Assembly: GCF_047250365.1 (NCBI RefSeq) | Contig: NZ_JBLBVL010000001.1 | Location: 337,522-369,521, forward strand | Direction of reading: 5' to 3' | Length of the DNA stretch: 32,000 bases | From: Thaumasiovibrio sp. DFM-14 | GTDB lineage: Bacteria > Pseudomonadota > Gammaproteobacteria > Enterobacterales > Vibrionaceae | Part shown: positions 7,656-16,829 of the stretch, piece by piece | Position numbering within the stretch: position 1 is the first letter of the stretch | Layout of the letters: each line of letters starts with the position of its first letter | Program-made: the position numbers and the translations under genes | Notes under the pieces: generated by a model | Database searches by the model: none | The model's input: the letters and a program-made list of their open reading frames with translations, nothing else | Told to the model about the DNA's origin: nothing

Positions 7656-8930
7656 ATGGATATCGATATAAACTTTGACCGAGAGCACCTTTGGCACCCT
7701 TACACCTCAACCGTTAATCCGCTGCCCTGCTACCCTGTCAGCCACGCTAAAGGGATATACATTCACCTTGAAACTGGGGAAGCGCTTATTGACGGCATGT
7801 CATCTTGGTGGTCGACCATCCATGGCTATAACCACCCTAGCCTCACTCAAGCCGCGAAAAATCAATTAGATAACATGTCTCATGTTATGTTTGGCGGCTT
7901 AACCCATGCGCCTGCCGTCGAGCTCGGCAAAAAGCTGTGTGCCATGAGTGGCTTTGAGCATATCTTTCTTGCCGATTCTGGATCGGTCGCTGTGGAAGTT
8001 GCGCTGAAAATGGCACTGCAATATTGGCACTCGTTGAATGAAAAAAGGACCAAGTTCCTTACGCTACGTCACGGCTATCATGGTGATACGTTCGCAGCCA
8101 TGTCGGTTACCGACCCCGATAACTCGATGCATTCCATTTATAAAGGCTTTCTTCCTGAGCACCTGTTTGCTGAATCCCCCAGCGGTGGTTTCCACGACGA
8201 ATGGGATCCCGAGCAGATCGAAAGCTTTCATTCCCTAATAAAACAACACCACACAGAGATAGCTGCCGTTATCCTCGAACCCATCGTGCAAGGCGCTGGC
8301 GGTATGCGCATCTACCATCCTGAATATTTACGCGAAGTTCGCCGCTTGTGTGATCATTACGGAGTGTTGTTAATCGCCGATGAGATTGCCACTGGCTTTG
8401 GTCGCACTGGAAAACTGTTTGCTTGCCAACATGCCCAAATTCAAGCCGACATTATGTGTGTCGGCAAGGCGCTAACTGGGGGGTATATGACGTTGGCCGC
8501 AACCATGACCTCAAAGCAGGTTGCTGATACAGTCTGTCGCGGCGAAGCTGGGTGTTTTATGCATGGGCCGACGTTTATGGCAAACCCATTAGCGTGTGCG
8601 GTAGCCAATGAAAGCCTCGCGTTACTTCAAAACAATCAGTGGCAACAACAAGTTCAAGACATCGAAGCAGTGTTTGCAGACCAATTACCAAAATTAAACC
8701 AGTACGCTATGGTAAAAGAGACGCGTTGGTTAGGGGCGATTGGTGTGGTCGAACTAAATCAACCGGTTGATATGATTAAAATACAGCAGCACTTTGTTTC
8801 TCAAGGCGTTTGGATCCGCCCTTTTGGGAAGCTCATCTATATGATGCCGCCCTATATCATTAGCAAAAATCAGTTAATTCAGCTCATTGATGCCGTCGAA
8901 TCAGCAATACAACTAAACCTAACGGCATAA
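7656..8930 (+). CDS. bioA: Adenosylmethionine-8-amino-7-oxononanoate aminotransferase BioA
   Basis: Class III aminotransferase with the PLP-Lys context CVGKALTGGY. ATG 7656 gives MDIDINFDREHLWHPYTS, which matches the E. coli BioA N-terminus. The track start at 7617 is a TTG extension. Confidence 0.92.
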   Translation: MDIDINFDREHLWHPYTSTVNPLPCYPVSHAKGIYIHLETGEALIDGMSSWWSTIHGYNHPSLTQAAKNQLDNMSHVMFGGLTHAPAVELGKKLCAMSGFEHIFLADSGSVAVEVALKMALQYWHSLNEKRTKFLTLRHGYHGDTFAAMSVTDPDNSMHSIYKGFLPEHLFAESPSGGFHDEWDPEQIESFHSLIKQHHTEIAAVILEPIVQGAGGMRIYHPEYLREVRRLCDHYGVLLIADEIATGFGRTGKLFACQHAQIQADIMCVGKALTGGYMTLAATMTSKQVADTVCRGEAGCFMHGPTFMANPLACAVANESLALLQNNQWQQQVQDIEAVFADQLPKLNQYAMVKETRWLGAIGVVELNQPVDMIKIQQHFVSQGVWIRPFGKLIYMMPPYIISKNQLIQLIDAVESAIQLNLTA

Positions 8931-8955
8931 AGCGACGTATAACAGGGAAAAGACA

Positions 8956-9537
8956 ATGGAGCCATTGATGAGTCATTACCTTTTCCCTTTGCCGATCATA
9001 CTGTTGCCAGGCGGGATCACTAACCTGCGTATTTTTGAGCCACGCTATCTACGCCTCATCAAAGAGTGTGCGGCTAATCATACGGGGTTTGTGCTCGCGA
9101 TGACTGAAAATGCTCAAATCAGTCCACTGGGTACACTCGTGCGCGTCATCGATTATCAACAGCGCGACGACCACTTGCTAGGCGTAACCATTAAAGCGAG
9201 TCATATCGTCAAAGCGAGCAATACTCACCAGCAGCAAGATGGATTATGGGTCGCAGATACCGAACGGCAACCCTATTGGCTTGAACAAGAAGAGCGAACA
9301 ATCGGGCAGAGTGCGCCGCTAACGACAAGTTTGCAAACGCTGTTTAATGATAACCCGGCACTGGCCGGGCTGTATGCAAACCCAGCATTTACTGATCCGG
9401 CTTGGGTTTGCTGTCGGTGGTTGGAGTTAATTCCTTTATCCGCTGCGCAGATGCAATGGTGTTTGGCTCAACATGATCACACTGAGGTGCAGCGATATCT
9501 GCTATCCATGCTTTTTGATAGCACACCACCTCATTAA
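8956..9537 (+). CDS. LON N-terminal (substrate-binding) domain-only protein, COG2802-like
   Basis: 193 aa. The N-terminus YLFPLPIILLPGGITNLRIFEPRYLRLIKEC is the classic Lon N-domain opening (FPL..vLfPg..l.L.IFEpRY). There is no AAA+ or protease domain. It lies 25 nt downstream of bioA on the same strand. Confidence 0.8.
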   Translation: MEPLMSHYLFPLPIILLPGGITNLRIFEPRYLRLIKECAANHTGFVLAMTENAQISPLGTLVRVIDYQQRDDHLLGVTIKASHIVKASNTHQQQDGLWVADTERQPYWLEQEERTIGQSAPLTTSLQTLFNDNPALAGLYANPAFTDPAWVCCRWLELIPLSAAQMQWCLAQHDHTEVQRYLLSMLFDSTPPH

Positions 9538-9643
9538 TCACCTTAGAGACAAACCCTTGATGCAACCCTTGTGAAGTCTGAACACTGCTTGCTGAAATAC
9601 TGGTTGATAGAATTTCTTTCTGCTCAACGCAGACTGGCCCCTT

Positions 9644-10873
9644 TCAACCGTCGATCATTTTCATCAGCAGGCTGCCATCGTACATCGCTCTTTTCACTAA
9701 CGCTGCACCTGGCATTGTCGCTTGAGTATAAAACGAGCTCTCTTCAAGTTGAAGATTCTGGCAATAAGCTGGCAATGCACTGCTCTCAATGCATTCACGA
9801 ATCGCAGGGTAAAGCACCTTTTTCGCTCGGTTAAACTCCCCGCCAATCAAGATTTTCTCTGGGTTGAACAAGTTCACCATAATGGCGATGGCTTGACCCA
9901 AGTTATGCCCAAGCTCAATAATCACTTGCCGAGCAAGGGGGTCATTGGCCACGGCGGCTTCACATATCCGTTCGATGGTTATTGCCCCACCATGCAGAGA
10001 CGAGGGTCTTGGCTCGGCGGGTTTGGCTTCATTAAGCATTTCATTAACTTGGTCTTTCACCGCTTGTGGGCTTGCCACCGTTTCTAAACAGCCATAGTTA
10101 CCACAAAAGCACTTCTTACCAAACGGCTTGATTTGAATATGCCCTAGCTCACCAACATTACCCAAACGGCCTTGCAACACCGTTCCATCGAGCACGATTC
10201 CGGCCCCTATTCCATGATGAATAGAGATTAAAATGGAGTTTTCTGCTTCGCGCGAGTGGCCAAACAATCTTTCAGCCAGTGCCCAAGCGTGAGTATCGTT
10301 GGCGATAAAAACGGGCAATCCCGTCGCTTCATGGATACGCGGCCCTAATGGCATGTTCTTAATGTTGTAGTGTGGCATCTGCAGCACGACACCTTCTTGC
10401 GCATTAATCAATCCTGGCAAAGAAATCGCAATACTTGTCACTCGATCAACTTCTTTCACGTGACGAGCAAAAAAGGTATTAATTTCTGAAATAATCTTTT
10501 GCAACAATGGTTCTTGCTCAGTATCACTAAGATTATGTCGCTCATCAATCAGCAAATCACCACCGTGCTCATGCAACGCTATAGTCAAGTAGCCCCGACC
10601 TAAGCGAATTGACATAAACTGCCATCCTTCATTTAAGGTTTTTAGCCCGATAGCAGGTCGCCCACGGCTCGCAGGTTCAATAATTTGGGTTTCTTGGATC
10701 AGATGCGCATCCATCAACTCACGCGTGATCTTCGTTATACTAGCAGGTGCAAGTTGGCTGCGTTTAGACAACTCTATTCTGGAGATAGGTCCTTGCTGAT
10801 CGATAAGTCGATACACACTTCCCGCATTATTACGTTTTATATGATCAATATGACCAGGTTGGGCAAGATACAT
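9644..10873 (-). CDS. mlc: ROK-family transcriptional repressor Mlc (DgsA)
   Basis: 409 aa. QPGHIDHIKRNNAGSVYRLIDQQGPISRIELSKRSQLAPASITKI and the C-terminal GAALVKRAMYDGSLL closely follow E. coli Mlc. The ROK zinc motif CFCGNYGCLE is present. Confidence 0.82.
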   Translation of the reverse strand: MYLAQPGHIDHIKRNNAGSVYRLIDQQGPISRIELSKRSQLAPASITKITRELMDAHLIQETQIIEPASRGRPAIGLKTLNEGWQFMSIRLGRGYLTIALHEHGGDLLIDERHNLSDTEQEPLLQKIISEINTFFARHVKEVDRVTSIAISLPGLINAQEGVVLQMPHYNIKNMPLGPRIHEATGLPVFIANDTHAWALAERLFGHSREAENSILISIHHGIGAGIVLDGTVLQGRLGNVGELGHIQIKPFGKKCFCGNYGCLETVASPQAVKDQVNEMLNEAKPAEPRPSSLHGGAITIERICEAAVANDPLARQVIIELGHNLGQAIAIMVNLFNPEKILIGGEFNRAKKVLYPAIRECIESSALPAYCQNLQLEESSFYTQATMPGAALVKRAMYDGSLLMKMIDG

Positions 10874-11362
10874 CCCGACACTCCAATAAATGATAATTTT
10901 CTATTTTTTTACTTTGCGAAGAAATTGTTAAGTCACTTAGCGCTTTCGCGTGAGCATTGTCACGTTAATTCTTAAATGCACACATAAAACGCAAAAAAAT
11001 AACATCTTAAACCACGAAAAAAAGCCGTTTATTTTTTAACGGAAAATATCTAGTTTAGAACCACTCTATGTGAAAAGCGTTAGTTTACATGATTAGAGGG
11101 AATATTCCTCCTTGCCTGAGTGATAAATTTCATTCCATCAATAACCGACATCGCCGAGTCAAATCAACGGCTATTTCCTTAAAAACAGGTTGTCTGATGA
11201 AGTCTTAACCATCTGGGGGCATCGATTACTGACTTATTTTAGGAAAATCACCGTTAACTTCTCAACAAGGGTTGAAGCTGGCGGCAAGAAAGGTAAGATG
11301 CGTACTTTAAGATAAATTAACTATCAGCACATGTTCGTGCCCTCATGGAGTATTATTTTAGC

Positions 11363-12766
11363 ATGACGACTTACGCGCCTGTAACAGACGTGCTGAGCGG
11401 AAAAATCGCTATCGACAGTGAAATCACTGTTCGTGGCTGGATTCGCTCGCGTCGAGATTCCAAAGCTGGGATCTCTTTCCTTGCCATTTATGACGGCTCT
11501 TGTTTCGACCCGATTCAGGCCGTGGTCCCGAATGAACTGAATAATTACAATGATGAAGTATTGAAGCTGACCACCGGTTGTTCAGTTGAAGTGACGGGTA
11601 AAGTTGTCGCCTCTCCAGCTAAAGGCCAAGATTTCGAACTTGCCGCGACCAATGTAAACGTGGTTGGCTGGGTAGAAGATGCTGACACATACCCAATGGC
11701 AAAAACACGCCACTCTATTGAGTATTTGCGTGAAGTAGCACACCTTCGTCCGCGTACCAATGTGATCGGTGCCGTTGCCCGCGTGCGTAACTGCCTATCG
11801 CAAGCGATTCACCGCTTCTACCACGAGCAAGGTTACTTCTGGATGTCTGCGCCACTCATCACCGCCGCTGATGCAGAAGGTGCGGGTGAGATGTTCCGCG
11901 TATCAACATTAGATTTGGTTAACACACCAATGACCGACGCTGGCGACGTTGACTTTGACAAAGATTTCTTTGGTAAAGAGACATTCCTGACCGTTTCTGG
12001 CCAGTTGAATGCAGAAACTTACGCGTGTGCATTAAGCAAAGTGTACACCTTCGGCCCAACGTTCCGTGCAGAAAACTCAAACACCAGCCGTCACTTAGCT
12101 GAGTTCTGGATGGTAGAGCCTGAAGTGGCGTTTGCCGACCTAGACGATGCCGCCAAATTGGCTGAAGACATGCTGAAATATGTTTTCAAAGCAGTGCTGG
12201 AAGAGCGTCGTGACGATCTTGAGTTCTTTGCCCAACGCATTAATAAAGAAGCGATCACGCGTCTAGAACAGTTCGTAACGTCTGATTTTGCGCAGGTTGA
12301 TTACACTGATGCAATCCAGATCCTTAAAGATTCTGGCCGTGAGTTTGAGTTCGACGTTGAGTGGGGCATTGATATGTCTTCTGAACACGAGCGTTACCTT
12401 GCAGAAGAACACTTTAAAGCACCGGTCGTGGTGAAAAACTACCCGAAAGATATTAAAGCCTTCTACATGCGCATGAATGATGATGGTAAAACCGTCGCTG
12501 CGATGGACGTTCTTGCCCCAGGTATTGGCGAAATCATTGGTGGCTCACAGCGTGAAGAACGTCTAGAGCTGCTTGATAAGCGTATGGTAGAGATGGGTAT
12601 CGACCCTGAGCACATGAACTGGTATCGCGATCTACGTCGCTACGGCACTGTGCCTCATGCTGGCTTTGGTTTAGGTTTTGAGCGCTTAGTCTCTTATGTA
12701 ACAGGCATGGCTAACATCCGTGATGTAATCCCATTCCCACGTGCACCACGCTCTGCAAACTTCTAA
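11363..12766 (+). CDS. asnS: Asparagine--tRNA ligase AsnS
   Basis: Near-colinear with E. coli AsnS ([49 protein letters not shown]). The start was set at ATG 11363 ([11 protein letters not shown]), with GGAG 12 nt upstream. The track start at 11345 adds 6 residues. Confidence 0.95.
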   Translation: MTTYAPVTDVLSGKIAIDSEITVRGWIRSRRDSKAGISFLAIYDGSCFDPIQAVVPNELNNYNDEVLKLTTGCSVEVTGKVVASPAKGQDFELAATNVNVVGWVEDADTYPMAKTRHSIEYLREVAHLRPRTNVIGAVARVRNCLSQAIHRFYHEQGYFWMSAPLITAADAEGAGEMFRVSTLDLVNTPMTDAGDVDFDKDFFGKETFLTVSGQLNAETYACALSKVYTFGPTFRAENSNTSRHLAEFWMVEPEVAFADLDDAAKLAEDMLKYVFKAVLEERRDDLEFFAQRINKEAITRLEQFVTSDFAQVDYTDAIQILKDSGREFEFDVEWGIDMSSEHERYLAEEHFKAPVVVKNYPKDIKAFYMRMNDDGKTVAAMDVLAPGIGEIIGGSQREERLELLDKRMVEMGIDPEHMNWYRDLRRYGTVPHAGFGLGFERLVSYVTGMANIRDVIPFPRAPRSANF

Positions 12767-12791
12767 GCTTTGACTTAGATAATCTTTAAAA

Positions 12792-12822
12792 GGGCTGCCT
12801 AAACGCAGCCCTTATTTATCTT
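12792..12822 (+). terminator. asnS rho-independent terminator
   Basis: GGGCTGC-CTAAAC-GCAGCCC followed by TTATTTATCTTT. It begins 26 nt after the stop. Confidence 0.8.
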
Positions 12823-12840
12823 TACCCTTATTTACCTTTA
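12809..12840. repeat. 2 x 16-bp tandem duplication (CCCTTATTTATCTTTA / CCCTTATTTACCTTTA)
   Basis: Read directly from the sequence, with one mismatch. The first unit starts inside the 3' arm of the asnS terminator. Confidence 0.9.
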
Positions 12841-13011
12841 AAATAGCAACATAATGTTGTACTCACCCATCACACTTAAAGACACGCTTCCCTTTCACTT
12901 CTTCTTATCAATACACTGAGCATTAAAAAATTTTTATAACAAGGCATTGCGCTCAATGATAAGCAAAAGTATAAAGGAGAGAGTCTTTTCACTAACACAT
13001 GGACGACGAAA

Positions 13012-14202
13012 ATGTTTGAGAAAATTGTTGCCGCTCCAGCGGATCCTATCTTGGGCTTAACGGAAGAGTTTAAAAGCGATCCACGCCCCGAAAAAATTAA
13101 CCTAGGGGTTGGTATTTATAAAAATGAAGCTGGCAACACGCCGGTTCTCGCCACAGTAAAAAAAGCGGAAGCCATCCTTCTAGAAAAAGAGACCACCAAG
13201 TCTTACCTGAGTATTCCAGGCACAGCAGAATACGGCCTAGCCGTACAGCAGCTACTGTTTGGTGCTGATGCACAAATCATTGCAGATAAGCGAGCACAAA
13301 CGGCTCAAGCTCCTGGTGGAACGGGCGCGCTGCGTCTTGCTGCCGAATTCATTAAACGCCAGCTCGGCGATGTAAAGGTTTGGCTCAGTAATCCAACATG
13401 GGCTAACCATAACGGCGTATTTACTGCCGCAGGTTTAGAAACAACGCAATATAGCTATTACGACGCAGAAGCCAAGGACATGGACTTTGCATCGGCGTTA
13501 GCGGATCTGCAAAACGCATCGGCCGGTGATGTCGTTCTACTTCACGGTTGCTGTCATAACCCAACAGGTATTGATCCCACGACTGAACAGTGGCAACAAC
13601 TGGCACAGCTCTGTGCTGAAAAACAGCTTCTACCTATGTTTGATTTTGCTTATCAAGGCTTCGCTAAGGGTGTAGAAGAAGATGCGCAAGGCTTGCGTAT
13701 TTTTGCTGAAACCTGCCGTAACCTGCTTGTTGCTAGCTCATTCTCAAAGAACTTCGGTCTGTATAACGAACGTGTCGGTGCGTTTACGCTTGTTGCTGAT
13801 ACCAGCGCATTAGCCGCAACCGCTTTCAGCCAAGTAAAAGCCATCGCGCGCGTTATCTACTCGAACCCACCAGCACACGGCGCTGCCATTGTCACCGAAA
13901 TCCTTAATGACAATGCTCTACGCGTTGAATGGGAACAAGAAGTAACGGACATGCGTGATCGTATCCAAGAGATGCGCACGCTGTTTGTTGCAACACTAAA
14001 AGAGCTGGGTGTGGATGCGGATTTCAGCTTTATTGAACGCCAAAATGGCATGTTCTCTTTCTCTGGGTTAAATAAACAGCAAGTGACCCAGCTAAAAGAG
14101 CAGTTTGGTATCTACATTGTTGGCTCTGGCCGTATCAGTGTCGCAGGCATGACAAAAAACAACATGCTACCACTGTGTAAAGGCATTGCCGCGGTACTTT
14201 AG
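13012..14202 (+). CDS. aspC: Aspartate aminotransferase AspC
   Basis: 396 aa. [16 protein letters not shown]..., the PLP-Lys context [15 protein letters not shown] and the GCCHNPTG motif are all colinear with E. coli AspC. Confidence 0.95.
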   Translation: MFEKIVAAPADPILGLTEEFKSDPRPEKINLGVGIYKNEAGNTPVLATVKKAEAILLEKETTKSYLSIPGTAEYGLAVQQLLFGADAQIIADKRAQTAQAPGGTGALRLAAEFIKRQLGDVKVWLSNPTWANHNGVFTAAGLETTQYSYYDAEAKDMDFASALADLQNASAGDVVLLHGCCHNPTGIDPTTEQWQQLAQLCAEKQLLPMFDFAYQGFAKGVEEDAQGLRIFAETCRNLLVASSFSKNFGLYNERVGAFTLVADTSALAATAFSQVKAIARVIYSNPPAHGAAIVTEILNDNALRVEWEQEVTDMRDRIQEMRTLFVATLKELGVDADFSFIERQNGMFSFSGLNKQQVTQLKEQFGIYIVGSGRISVAGMTKNNMLPLCKGIAAVL

Positions 14203-14212
14203 CTTACAGCAC

Positions 14213-14247
14213 TAAAAAGCGAGGGCACTGTATAGTGCCCTAGTTTC
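14213..14247. terminator. Bidirectional terminator between convergent aspC and the 104-aa ORF
   Basis: AGGGCACT-GTAT-AGTGCCCT: an 8-bp stem (14222-14241). An A-run lies upstream, giving a T-run on the minus strand, with a weaker T-rich tail on the plus strand. Confidence 0.7.
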
Positions 14248-14273
14248 GCCAAGATTAGCCTGCTGCATTGCTG

Positions 14274-14588
14274 CTAGCCTGATTTATCATAATCAAAAGG
14301 CAAAATATTATTACAGTACAGTTCTTTCTCGTATTGTTTCTCAAGCTGCTCGCGCCAAGGTTTGTCAATAATCGATACCAAATAAAACTTCTCCCTCGTG
14401 GTATCGGTCACAAACGCCATGCCATGTCGCATTAGCTCATAGTGAATATCATTAATGAACACCTGACTGAAATTCTGCCTTCCTGTCAGTTGGTTAATAT
14501 CATTACGGGTTAAACTCACCCCCGTGGAATCATCACTAAAACGCTGCCTGAGCCAATGGGCGAATTCTCTTGCGCTTACCATTGTCAT
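14274..14588 (-). CDS. Hypothetical protein (104 aa), no family recognised
   Basis: A clean ORF with a terminator downstream. No motifs that I can assign. Confidence 0.5.
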   Translation of the reverse strand: MTMVSAREFAHWLRQRFSDDSTGVSLTRNDINQLTGRQNFSQVFINDIHYELMRHGMAFVTDTTREKFYLVSIIDKPWREQLEKQYEKELYCNNILPFDYDKSG

Positions 14589-14726
14589 TCGGAGCTCCTC
14601 TAGACGACTAACTGCATATGTAATTTAATGTATAGCAAAATTTTGAGGCGCTGGTCTAAAAAGGTGTCTTAAAAACTAGATTTAAAATGAGAGTTTAGGT
14701 AGGAAGAGGAAGGAAAAGCAGTTTCC

Positions 14727-14759
14727 CACCTTGTGCTTTATCGTGAAAACACAAGGTGG
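14727..14759 (-). terminator. Hairpin downstream of the H1-like gene (possible terminator)
   Basis: CCACCTTGTG ... CACAAGGTGG: a 10-bp perfect stem with a 13-nt loop, starting 10 nt after the stop. The T-tract is weak. Confidence 0.45.
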
Positions 14760-14768
14760 AAAAGGCAA

Positions 14769-15164
14769 TTATGCTGCTTTATACAGCACTTTATTGCCTG
14801 ATAGCTGAATGCGCTCGACTAAGCCCTCTTCAGCCAGCTTTTTCAGCGCGCCGGTTGCCCAAGAAGCGGCCTTTGCATCTTCTTGTCCAGCGGCTAGACC
14901 AATCCCTTTCGGATTAATTCCGTCGGTATTGCCCTTAACAATGTCGAGTACCTGCTGCTGCTTAGGGGTTAGAGAAACCGCTTTAGCTGCTGGCGCAGCT
15001 TGAACTGGTTTTTCTGCAGTTTTAACAGATTGTGGCGCAGCCTCAACTACTGGCGCTGTTTTCTTTACTTCTGGTGCTTTACGTACAGTAGCTTTAGCTG
15101 CCACTGTCACTTTCAGCTTTTTGCTCAGCTTTAACTGAACTTTACGTTTGTGAGAAATTCTCAT
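14769..15164 (-). CDS. Lys/Ala/Pro-rich histone-H1-like basic protein with C-terminal winged-helix-like domain
   Basis: The start was set at ATG 15164 (MRISHKRKVQLKLSKKLKV...), with GGAG about 11 nt upstream. The N-terminal ~70 aa form a K/A/P/V low-complexity basic tail. The C-terminus LTPKQQQVLDIV...ALKKLAEEGLVERI looks like a wHTH. The track start at 15242 adds 26 hydrophobic residues. Confidence 0.55.
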   Translation of the reverse strand: MRISHKRKVQLKLSKKLKVTVAAKATVRKAPEVKKTAPVVEAAPQSVKTAEKPVQAAPAAKAVSLTPKQQQVLDIVKGNTDGINPKGIGLAAGQEDAKAASWATGALKKLAEEGLVERIQLSGNKVLYKAA

Positions 15165-15390
15165 TAAATATCCTACTCCGTTGCTTACTTGCGCCGCCAC
15201 CGCAGCGAAAAAGTAAGCGCGTTTTATACCAAAAAACGACACAAATTTGTAGCCAATCCCACTTCAACACCGGAATTTACCCTCTTGTTCTGTGAGACAA
15301 AGCAATAATTGACGAAAACATTGATAAATCTTTACCTCATGCTTACCAACCTGAAACGTAATATACTTTAGGTACACATGGAGCATTGAA

Positions 15391-16053
15391 ATGAAAACAC
15401 GCCATATTGTTAGCGTGCCACCGCAGTTGACTCACCTATTTGCCCGAGGTGCCATTGGGCTTATTCTTTCGTTAGGATTGGCGTTATTGCTATTACAGGT
15501 CGCGATAGCTTTTGCCGTGGCCATTCTTGTTAGCTGCATCTTTATTCTCAGCTTCATCTATATGAGGCTCAGACGCCCCAGGGTCGCGCTATCGCTAACG
15601 CCTATGCACATACAACTACATCACCCAGCAGGCGGCTATGCGGTGCGCTGGCGCGATATACAGGCGATAGAACAATTGAGCTTAGAAAAAGAGGGCTGGC
15701 ACCAACCTTTACCTTGGGTCTCCATCAAATTGAATAATACTGATCGGCTCTTGCAAAGTATCTGTCCCCGCTTAGCCAGTCGGCTGATGATAGAGCAACG
15801 GGTTTTGTTAGTCATGGCTTACAAGAGTGGACGTCGGGGGCAAGTACCGATTGAAGACATGCTATTTGATGATACCCCATACACAACCAACGGCATCACC
15901 TATACCGGACTAATGGCTATTTTCGCTAATCGATTGAAATATAACCGCGAGTTGCTAGGTGGTGAGCTGCTTATTTCTGAAGAGCTGTCGGGAATGGAAT
16001 GCACCGAGCTCGTGGGACTGGCTCGGCGCTATTTGGCTGCATCTGAACGCTAA
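15391..16053 (+). CDS. Hypothetical inner-membrane protein (two N-terminal TM helices + soluble C-terminal domain)
   Basis: 220 aa. The hydrophobic segments GAIGLILSLGLALLLLQV and AFAVAILVSCIFILSFIY are followed by a positively charged stretch, RLRRPR. The family is uncertain. Confidence 0.55.
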   Translation: MKTRHIVSVPPQLTHLFARGAIGLILSLGLALLLLQVAIAFAVAILVSCIFILSFIYMRLRRPRVALSLTPMHIQLHHPAGGYAVRWRDIQAIEQLSLEKEGWHQPLPWVSIKLNNTDRLLQSICPRLASRLMIEQRVLLVMAYKSGRRGQVPIEDMLFDDTPYTTNGITYTGLMAIFANRLKYNRELLGGELLISEELSGMECTELVGLARRYLAASER

Positions 16054-16095
16054 TGTTAGCCTTCAGCTGCTTTAACGGCTGTGAAGGTTGCACAT

Positions 16096-16749
16096 TTAAT
16101 AAAGTGGCATCTCATCAGCCACAAACGGATTAGAAGCGCGTTCTTTTCCAAATGTTGACAACGGGCCGTGACCAGGAATAAAAGTCACCTCGTTCCCTAG
16201 TGGCCACAATTTGCCTTTAATCGATGCGATAAGTTGACCATGATCGCCTTTAGGAAAATCCGTTCGACCAATGCCTCCCTGAAAAAGAACATCACCGACA
16301 AAGGCGATATTGGCCTGCTCACTATAAAACACAACATGGCCTGGCGTATGTCCAGGAGTGTGCAGTACCCGCAATGTTTGCTGGCCTATTTTGACTTCAT
16401 CGCCATCATCTAGCCATCGATCGGCATCAAACGCATCAACGTGCGGAAAGCCGAACATGTTGCTTTGTGCCGGTAGCGCTTGTAACCAGAAAGCATCATC
16501 TCTGTGTGGGCCAACAACAGGTACATGCAACGCCTTAACCAATTCAGGTGTGCCGCCAACATGATCCATATGCCCATGCGTTAACAGTATCTGGGTTAGC
16601 TCTAAGCCATTTTCATGAACCGTTGCCATGATTTTACTGATATCACCACCAGGATCGACCACAGCGGCTTGCAACGTCTCATCACACCAGATGACAGAAC
16701 AGTTTTGCTGAAATGAGGTAACGGGAACTACCTGATATTTAAGGCTCAT
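16096..16749 (-). CDS. gloC: MBL-fold hydrolase / hydroxyacylglutathione hydrolase GloC (YcbL)
   Basis: 217 aa with the metal motif [10 protein letters not shown]. It is colinear with E. coli YcbL ([30 protein letters not shown]). Confidence 0.88.
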   Translation of the reverse strand: MSLKYQVVPVTSFQQNCSVIWCDETLQAAVVDPGGDISKIMATVHENGLELTQILLTHGHMDHVGGTPELVKALHVPVVGPHRDDAFWLQALPAQSNMFGFPHVDAFDADRWLDDGDEVKIGQQTLRVLHTPGHTPGHVVFYSEQANIAFVGDVLFQGGIGRTDFPKGDHGQLIASIKGKLWPLGNEVTFIPGHGPLSTFGKERASNPFVADEMPLY

Positions 16750-16829
16750 AACACTTTCCGATTCGCTAAATTAAGCGAGCAGAATAGCGGTCGAACGTAT
16801 CTGATGCAAGTTTCTACCTCGTTAACGGT

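Noticed and set aside
12809-12840. The 2 x 16-bp tandem duplication after the asnS terminator as a regulatory repeat.
   Set aside because: It has only two units, is AT-rich, and starts in the terminator's T-tract. It is most simply a slippage duplication with no evident function.
12951-12963. The 13-mer GCTCAATGATAAG is shared between the aspC upstream region and repeat copy B (2754-2766).
   Set aside because: In 32 kb on two strands, roughly ten or more chance 13-mer coincidences are expected, and there is no extended similarity around it.
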